From Chromera velia (taxonomy: Eukaryota), in NCBI GenBank assembly GCA_018398765.1, contig JAHBMJ010000395.1, positions 1 to 48,299 on the forward strand: 48,299 bases of DNA. Reading direction: 5' to 3'. Position 1 is the first letter of the stretch. Each line of letters starts with the position of its first letter. Of this stretch, positions 38,555 to 48,299 are shown piece by piece. A program made the translations under genes and the position numbers. Below the pieces are notes generated by a model. It was not told where the DNA came from. It worked only from the letters and a program-made list of their open reading frames with translations, and did not search any database.

Positions 38555-40568
38555 AAGATGTCCTGGTGTAGATGGCGATCGGGTGTGGATTTGTTTGCGA
38601 AGAAAAGTAAGTAAATCCCTCTCGTTCCTCCCTCCTGCCCTTTCTCGTTTTCTCACAGGGTACAGCTTCCGGCCTACGCTTCTTTCCCATGCACTCACGC
38701 TCCGTACTTCTTTCCTCAGATCATTTTGCACCTCCTCTATTTGTCTTTGCTTCTTCCGCTTTCCGTCTCTCTTCTTCACGGCCCCCCTTTTCTCTCTCTC
38801 TTTCTCTTTGGTCCTTTCCTTCTCCTAGCTCATTCACCTCACGACCTAGCGTTGCCTCCGACCCTTGTCCCTCTTACCTTCCTTCATTGCATTTCGATCG
38901 GGGTCTCTGCCTCTCTTCCTCGCTCTCGTTCTCATTCGGATCGCTGAGACCGGCAGACAGGTCCTTCCAAGACAGACAAAAAGCAAAAGGAAAAAAAAAA
39001 GCTTTGGGTACCAAGTTGGCTCCTGGTTTCTTTTGTCTGCATTCCAAAACCCTCAGTGTCTCCCAAACATCCCAATTTAATCTACTGTGCTCCACGCACA
39101 TCCCCATCAGACCTATGCCTTCCGTTCCCATTCATCCACGCAGTGGACCACACTTCCTCCCCCCTGTGATTCAACAGTCACTGCATGCGCCAACCTGTTC
39201 GGTGTGCCGATGGCTCCACCGTCTCCATTGTCGTCTCTTTGCGGGAGTCGCCACACACGACGCGCTTCTGCTTCGACTCTTCCCTCCTTCGGGTGCTGGA
39301 CGCCGCTTTCGTCTTGCTTTTCCCCCTTTTCGAATCCTGCGCGTCTACTCTCCTCCCTGCTCCTGCATCCACACGTATGCAAATTCAGACATCAGACAGA
39401 GAGACCAATTTCAATAGAGGCAGGCGGTCTCTTTCGGATGATGGATATATTTTCTAAGGGGCTTTCATGCTCGCTGACCTGTCTTTGGTTTCCCTTTCTC
39501 ACCCGCGACCGCAATCGGGGTTGCCGTCTCCGTCTCCGTCTTCCTGCCTCTCCGGCCTTGAGTCTCTCGGAAAAGACGCGAGAAGCGAGTGTGATGCGCC
39601 CTTTCTGTGGAAGTGACAGAATTGCGAGAACCCAAGTGCGATGGAAGTTCTTTCTTAAGAATAAACGCGGCAGGCCTTTTCCCCAGAATATGGAAGGCTG
39701 AAGAGAAGAACGACGGACACCACAAAAAGAACAGCAGAAACACCATCTTTGTTTTCCGAGTAGACGGAGCAGTCTGACGTTCCCTGGGTCCAATAGTTGA
39801 TGCACGTCATTTTACTTTGTAGAAGAGTGGGTACACCGGCGGCAGCAATCAAGTGATCTGACAGACGGCATCAACCAGGCGCTCGCGTCCCTGGCCCGCC
39901 TCCTGAGGCCGCAGCCTGAGTAGCGCAGCCTGAATTTTCTGGTACCCGTGGAAGATAATATTGCCGTTAATCGATGCGTATTATCGTAAGTGTCCTGCAT
40001 GGCGGTTTGTGCGCCGAATCCGTAATTAATTAAGAATCCGGACGCCAGAAGGGAATGTGTATAAGCTGTATTTTTGAGAATATATGAAGGCCGGCTGGCC
40101 CACTGCATGGGCCAGGCCCAAGGAGGCCCGAAACGCACGTGCGTACGCACGTACGTACGGCTGGAGGGCCGGCATTATGTAGGCAGCCTATATTATCGAC
40201 GGCATCAAATTTTCCGCGCGCGCGGTCGCGGACGGGCGCTGTGCCTCAGAGGGCAGCTCGCTCGGGCGGCAAGGGTGTGTGTCTCTATTTTCGCATGGAT
40301 TTTCGCGCGCGTGTTCGATCAAATCCTGCGGAGGCTAAAAGTCCAAAACAAAAGATCCCCTTTTATCCCTCTTTTTTCATCGCGCGCGGACGCCTTGGAA
40401 GGTCTTTCATGCCAGGGCCCGTCTCGGACGGTTTTTTTGACCTGGCTTGCAATCCACGAAACCGTTTCCAGATTTTGAAATTTTCTCGTACACAACAAAA
40501 AATTCTGTGTTCAGTATCGTTCAGTAGTGTAATTCTCATCTTCTGAAAGTGAATACTTCTGGAGATAA

Positions 40569-43500
40569 TGTTATATACAGCTACATCTAACACCGAACGT
40601 GGAGCGGACTGAGCAGTGATTAACAGTGATGATCAGGTTCTTTTAAATGCATGCCCCGTCCCCATTAAGAATCTGTAGGGATAAGCAGCTATACTCGATG
40701 GAGATGGACGAGAATGAATTCATAGAGTCTGTCAGGTACCTACCTTTGGACCTTTCGCCACGCAACGTTCCAGCAGTCGAATCGTTGTTCCGCCTCTCGA
40801 ATTCACTCACGACACGGCTTAAGAATCGGCTATTATAGAATCGATTAACAGGATGACGAGTTGCCCTGCCAGCCTCAATCTTAAGCTCTGTATGAAGCTT
40901 GAACTCAATGCTCATACAGATCGATCAATTACACACAGAAATGCATGCAGAATTAATTAACGCAAATATATGTATACGCATGCATCGCACGAAGGTCCCT
41001 TATGTCGTGCGTGCCGCGACCGGCCCGCCCGACATCTAAGTCCAATCCCAGCCCCGGATCGCGACATTCCTCTGATTTAATCTCACATTCACCCCCTCGA
41101 AGGACCTTGAAACAAAGACTTTTGACATGGCTTTCGATTAATTAAATCTCTCGTATGAACTTAACTCAAAACGATCAATACTCATACAAACTTAATGCAT
41201 AAAATCACAGATCACGAAGGAACTTTGTTTGTCTGTCTGCCTTCTGACTCCCAGTCTCAATCCACTTCACTTGACACCCCAAATCACGAAGCATCTGTAT
41301 GGCTAGCTCAAGTTCACCCTACAACTGTGGATCTGCAGTGCACTGCCTAGAAGTGAGCTGTCTAAGCAGAGGCTGACTGTCGCTCACAACCACAACTTTC
41401 GGACTTGCCCCCCACAGACGCGATATCAGGCGAGCATGCAGAAATGCCTGCTTGACCCCATCCCGCATGGCAAGAAGCTCAGCGCCCGTCATGCTTGCAA
41501 GCTTCCGATCATATCTCTTACTTCTCCACGCGACCGTATTCTCTTCTCCAAGAATAGAAAGATCCTTCAAATCTCTCTCCTCGACAATCTGGAATTCATA
41601 CCCTAGTCTGCCTTGCTTTTGTCTTGTCTCGTAGGACGCATCCACCCACACGACCAAACAGGGCTTTCCTTTCACAGGGACAAGGCGCAAAGGACGAGCA
41701 TGGGAGAACGCATGCCAGAGTGCTCGTCTAACTGCACGGAGAGTTCGCTTGGTGGGCTTACCGTTCATTCTCGACATGTGACTGAACAAGAATAAGAGGT
41801 GAGGTTGTGTTTTCGAGGCCCAACCGAATGCCCCCACTTCTTTCTGCTGCTCTCTGCGCAACCCTTCTTCCATCTCCTCTTCCGGATCATCTAAGAGAAG
41901 ATCACGAGCTATGAGTGGCTTCTACTCATCAGAAGAGAGGTGACTCACCATGTCTATGATGTAGTCTGATTGCTCCAGACTCATCTCCCCTTCCTTCACA
42001 CGAACAGACAAACCAACATACGTATGGAGATCTCCTGGACCATCATCCATGTACTCTGGCTCATCCATCTGCAGGAGACCTTTGAGGAGATCCATTTCCT
42101 TCTCTGTATCTGCAGACAGAATATAGAGATCGTCCACGTACATGATCATGACTGCTAAGGGTTTTTCTGCCTTGTTTGTCTTGAGAAAGATCAACTCAGC
42201 TACTTCCTTCCACCCGACTGTCTGTGCTTTCTTCTTAAAGAAAGAGGTGTACTTCTTTGGCGCATCTTTCAAACCATACACAGCTCTCTGAATACGCACA
42301 AAGCAACCAGCCTTGAGACCTGGGTATGCATCGACAGGCAAATCGGAAGGAAGCTTCACCCAGACTGCCTCACTCTTGTCTAGAGGTGCCTGCAGGAACG
42401 CAGTCGCAACATCGACCTTCATGCCACGCCAACCCATCGAGACAGTAAAAAGGAGAGCAACACGAACGAGAGAAGAATCAGCAGTGCCGGAAAAGGTCTC
42501 AAAAACAGATTGATTTCGAGGGTCCTGAAACCCCCGAGCAACCAAACGAGACTTTGCAATCCTTTTTCCTCCTTTCATCTTCCATGTTCTCACCCAGCGA
42601 AGGGTGATACCTTTCATTTTTATCTCCTCCTGCGAGTCTGTCTGTGAATCAAGATCGAAAACATCGCAAACAAAGAAACGAGACAGCTCCTGGCTATCTG
42701 ATTGTTTGTGACTCCCTGCTGCGATCTCTTCTGACGTTACAAGAATGTGTCCCTTTGCTACATTCTCTTTCTTACTTGCACGAGCGTGAGCATGAAGAGA
42801 CTTTACCTGCTGCTGCGTAAAGGCAGAGCGCTTGGCGACCGTAAAGCACCGACGAAACCGGAGACGAGCGAGAGCTTCTTCTCTCTTCTGTTCTCTACTT
42901 AGCTTGGCATACTGAGCAAACTCCTCACCCCCGATCTCTTCATTGAGCTGTTCCTGCATATCAGATTCTGACTTATCAAAGAAATCTCTGTCTACTGCAC
43001 TTTCCAAAGAGCCTGCAAAAGACTCTCCATCAGAAGACTCACGAGACTCTTCCTCAAGCAAAGCAGATCTAAAGAGAGAGTCATCCCTATCAATGTCAAC
43101 GGGGAAAAATTCTCCTGCCCCTCCTCCCTCTCCAGACTCAGACGGTGGCAGCTCCGGAGGCACCAGTCTATCTAGCACTTCTGGTGGTAGTCTACTGTCT
43201 GATGGCAGACGGAAACGCTGCTGAATCTCAGGCAGTTTAACCTCCTCAATCGCCCCTTTGATGGAGGTATTCCCCTCTGTGTCAAAATCGAGTCTAACAC
43301 CCCAGAGGGAATTCCTCACATTCTGTCCCCCTCTCACAATCTGCAAAGGAACGAGGGCACCACTCGAGTGCCGCTTGATGACTGCGTTCAGAGGGCTACG
43401 CCTTGTTGGTGAGGGATCACGATGGCGTTCCTCACTTCCCTCGCCGTCTCTCTCCCTCTGATCGTCTGTGCTATCAACGATACTCTCTCCATCTGCAGGG

Positions 43501-45900
43501 GAATCATCCTCAAACTCAAGGTCCTCTCCATCAGAGAAATCGAAATCGTCCTCAACTCCCCCTCCACTGTCTCTTTCCTTTCTCAATCTGTGTAAGCCTA
43601 ACTATGGAAGGTCACCCCCCATTCCATTCCATCTCTCAAGCTTGAGAGACTGAGGGTGCAGTCGCATTGTTTTCTACCTCCCAATTAACATGTCCGTTTC
43701 TGTCCATTGGAGTGAGGACTACCACACACGAGGGATTTATCACCCCCCCGAACAGTCCTACGCGACTGTTTGGTACAAGACCTGAAAGAATGGGTCCTTT
43801 CTTCAAAAAACGAACAACGTCCCCCACTGCAAGGGGAGGGACCCCTTCGGAGACGCCATGAACAACGGCGTTAGGAGAGAAACGAGTGGTGGAGTGGACG
43901 GTCTCATTGATGACATTTTCTACCCCTGGGATGAAAGCAGGCCAGCAAGAGGAGGGAACCCCAAGCTGTAGAATAATCTTTTTCAACAGCCTCTTCATGG
44001 TTTGCTTCACCCTTTCTACCTCTGCTTGAGCTTCTAGGGTGTAAAGGGGACCGAGAGTCAATGCAGCACCGATGCGCTCTACCGTCTCCTGATACTCTTC
44101 CCCCACAAACTCACCCCCGTTATCTGTGAAAACTTCTTTCACCCTCCATCTCTTCTTCTCCCACCTGCGGTGGTAGGAGAGAAGATGCCTGGACGACTCA
44201 TACTTCCTCTTAAACGAACGAAGAGAAACTCGGCGGCTGGACTTGTCGATAATCACCGACATGCCTGCCTCCCCCCCCATGCCTCTCTGCTTAGGAAAGG
44301 TGAGATCGTGCACAACTTCATGGTTGAAATGTGCGGACAGATCTCCCAGCGAAGGCGCCCTCTCTGCAGAACCCTCACTGGTCTCTTCTTTGACTTGGGA
44401 ATCGGACTTGCTTGGCTCCTTCGGCTTCCGCTTTTGCTTCTGCCTTTCATGTCGGTTTGCTCTCACCCGCCTTCTGCCGATGCGGCGGTTGCGCATATTG
44501 AATGCCTTACAGGCAAAACAGTCTTTACACACATCTGAACACTCCTTCAGCGTGTACCCTCCACCTACACCCTTCTCTTTCAGTATGTTGAGGAGACGAA
44601 GACCTCTTGAATGCGCAAAGCGGAGATGAAGAAGGTAGAGAAACTTCCTTCTCTTCTCTTGGTCTGCTTCTTCTCGCGAACCTACCGACTTCTTTTCCTC
44701 ACCCCTCCGTCTGCCTGTGAAGGCAGTCTGTACACAGGAGGGAATCACGGCTGCTGCGCAGGCTGCTGCGATTTCATTCGTGAGGAAATGAACAGTGGGA
44801 AGATCTCTCGATTGATCAACGGGAACCTTGAACGTCTCACCATGAAGACCTGTGATCTTCATCCACCCCCCATTCTCTAAGAGGGAAAGGCGTCTCTTTG
44901 CCGATGTAAAGAGTGCTTCATCCACCTCCGTGGTTAAAGCGCCTTTTTCAACTGCAATCCGAAGACGTCCGTGCACATCGCGCACGGAGATATGCAGAGT
45001 GCAGACGTTGTCGGTCGTCAGACTACTCGAAGCTGACGCCAAGTCGAAGCGAGTCGTTTTCTTCACCATCGAGACGACAAAGACTTTGAAGAGCAAGGTG
45101 AACAGAGACAATGAACACCCTGTGTCTACTGCAACCGCTGCTACAGTCCCTTTGAGGGGGTGCAATCCTCCAGCGCTTGTCTTTCTTGTACAGAGCCCTC
45201 CTCTCTGGTGTCGATATGTCCCTTTCTCCCGCCCTGCCCGGTAGCCACAGGATGGGAGGGGACTGGCACCTATCGGCGACGAACGAGATGCTTGAGAGCG
45301 TCCCATTCAGCCTCAGACTCATCTGAGGATACCATGTCTGGCAGGTCACTGTTGCTGAAAGAGGAGATGGAGCCGGATTTGCGAGCGGGGGACTTGCGGG
45401 GAGGAGACACCTTCTTGGACTTAACGTCCTTCCCCTTGGGTCTGGCACTGGCACTCTTCTCCTTGGAGATGAGTTCCTTGAGTTTGGCCTTGAAGGGGCA
45501 CTCACCGATCATGTGCTCCTCGGAGTCGCAGACATAGCATTTCGGCTTCGACTGCTGCTCCCCCGCCTTCTTGCCAGAACCTCCGTCCTCAGAGCTCTTC
45601 TTGCTCTTCTCACTCTTCTTCTCTTTCTCACCATCATGTTGCTGCTGCTGCTTCTTTCCTGTGCCTTTGCCTTTGCCCTTTCCACCACCCTTCCCTTACT
45701 CGGCCTTCTTAGATTTTTCTTTTTCATCACCTACAGGGCGTGCGGAGGCCTGCTGGCGGAGGTTCTCTGCAGACTTCTCTGCCTCATACTGTTTGTCGAT
45801 AAACTTTAAGGGTTTCATGTCGGCAAACGTGAGATCTTGGATGGACTTAAGGAAAAAATTTTTAAAATGGTCTCCAACACCCAAACGGTCTCCAAAATTA
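40569..45900 (-). mobile_element. Decayed Ty1/copia LTR retrotransposon; 3' LTR candidate present, 5' LTR not recognisable
   Basis: Domain order gag-PR-IN-RT-RH is diagnostic of copia. A polypurine tract GAGGGGGTGAA is followed by TG at 41087 (minus strand), the likely start of the 3' LTR. The distal LTR end (about 40569, ...TATAACA) is a guess. No matching upstream LTR or TSD was found. Confidence 0.88.
41205..45900 (-). pseudogene. Disrupted copia gag-pol
   Basis: Gag zinc knuckle [14 protein letters not shown] (45498-45539); protease VDTGCS; integrase HHCC (LHLRFAH...CFAC) and D-D-E (HDL, TDNGGEF, AEVER); RT KSRLVARGFQ, DVATAFLQA, VYGLKDAP, YVDD; RNase H VDASY, AELLA, SDSQP; natural end ADRQTKFLRDL-TGA at 41205. 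In-frame stops at 45696, 45270, 43602, 41922 and 41319; frame changes near 45300-45150 and near 43650. Confidence 0.92.
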
Positions 45901-46469
45901 TGAAGTATCTACATATTTTCTAGAGCATTTTAAAACAATTTCTAATGATATTAAACATTGTTTTATTGTTTAAACTGCATTTATAATAAGCTCAACTATC
46001 AGAATGTATAGCAGAATTAATAATGATAATACCTAGGATGATACGTATTATAATATAACTATACATTCACGTACGTACATATATATGAATAAGATATGGA
46101 AAATTTATAATACTATAACTGATTCTTAAATTTGGTCTAATTCATGTTTGAAATTTGCTTTAAATAAATGAAAACAGTTAAAGAAAATAAAACATTAAAC
46201 TAATTTACAGGTATAAAACGGTGAGTAGTTGTTCATATAAATAAACATTCATAAGATACCATCTAGGATGGATGCAGGTGCACCTTCACCTGCCAGTGTG
46301 TACCGCTTCAAAAGTTGGTACCGAAACCTACAGCATCTTTTGCACCACATAATAATATTATCCAATGACTTGCTGCCGATGACTTGCTGAACTTGAAGCA
46401 ATTCTTGTGCACAACGCAGTAGAAGTCCACTCTGGCTTCAATCATGAAACAGAATACGCACATACCAGT

Positions 46470-48299
<1,830 letters not shown>

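Noticed and set aside
38558..38830. Plus-strand mini-gene with a GTAAGT...CAG intron antisense to the zinc-finger locus
   Set aside because: The product would be short and low-complexity with no recognisable features; it cannot be told from chance without transcripts.
41205..45900. TAA/TAG-to-Gln genetic code reassignment to explain the copia stops
   Set aside because: Host genes end in TAA, TAG and TGA at expected positions (COX2B and PCNA end in TAG), host exons have no in-frame TAR, and the element also has frameshifts.
46255..46262. TGGTATC (minus strand) as the tRNA-iMet primer-binding site of the copia element
   Set aside because: Only 7 nt match, and it is not preceded by sequence matching the 3' LTR candidate.

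Overview
Eukaryotic, intron-dense nuclear DNA rich in microsatellites. It is most consistent with a photosynthetic apicomplexan relative (chromerid, Chromera-like); this is an inference from a nucleus-encoded split cox2b, a signal+transit-peptide TPR protein, a ProRS with an N-terminal YbaK/ProXp-type domain and a CHCC zinc-finger repeat protein. I assembled six complete spliced gene models by hand with consistent intron phases: a secreted hypothetical protein (541 aa), COX2B (168 aa), a plastid-type TPR protein (470 aa), a divergent PCNA (300 aa), prolyl-tRNA synthetase (715 aa, 20 exons) and a spinster-like MFS transporter (530 aa). There is also a weaker model for an acidic hypothetical protein and a C2H2 + 15x CHCC repeat exon with an unresolved 5' end. 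Mobile DNA: an 872-bp non-autonomous hAT-like element with an 8-bp TSD, and a decayed Ty1/copia retrotransposon. The most unusual signals concern splicing. About half of the donors have C at +3 (GTC[A/G]GT-type), three introns are GC-AG, and three exon-intron junctions have near-exact 'echo' duplicates in the adjacent intron. The copia element and the AT-rich intergenic islands also hint at C-to-T hypermutation. All homology calls come from recognising motifs by eye; no searches were run. Most ORFs in the supplied track are microsatellite or intron artefacts.
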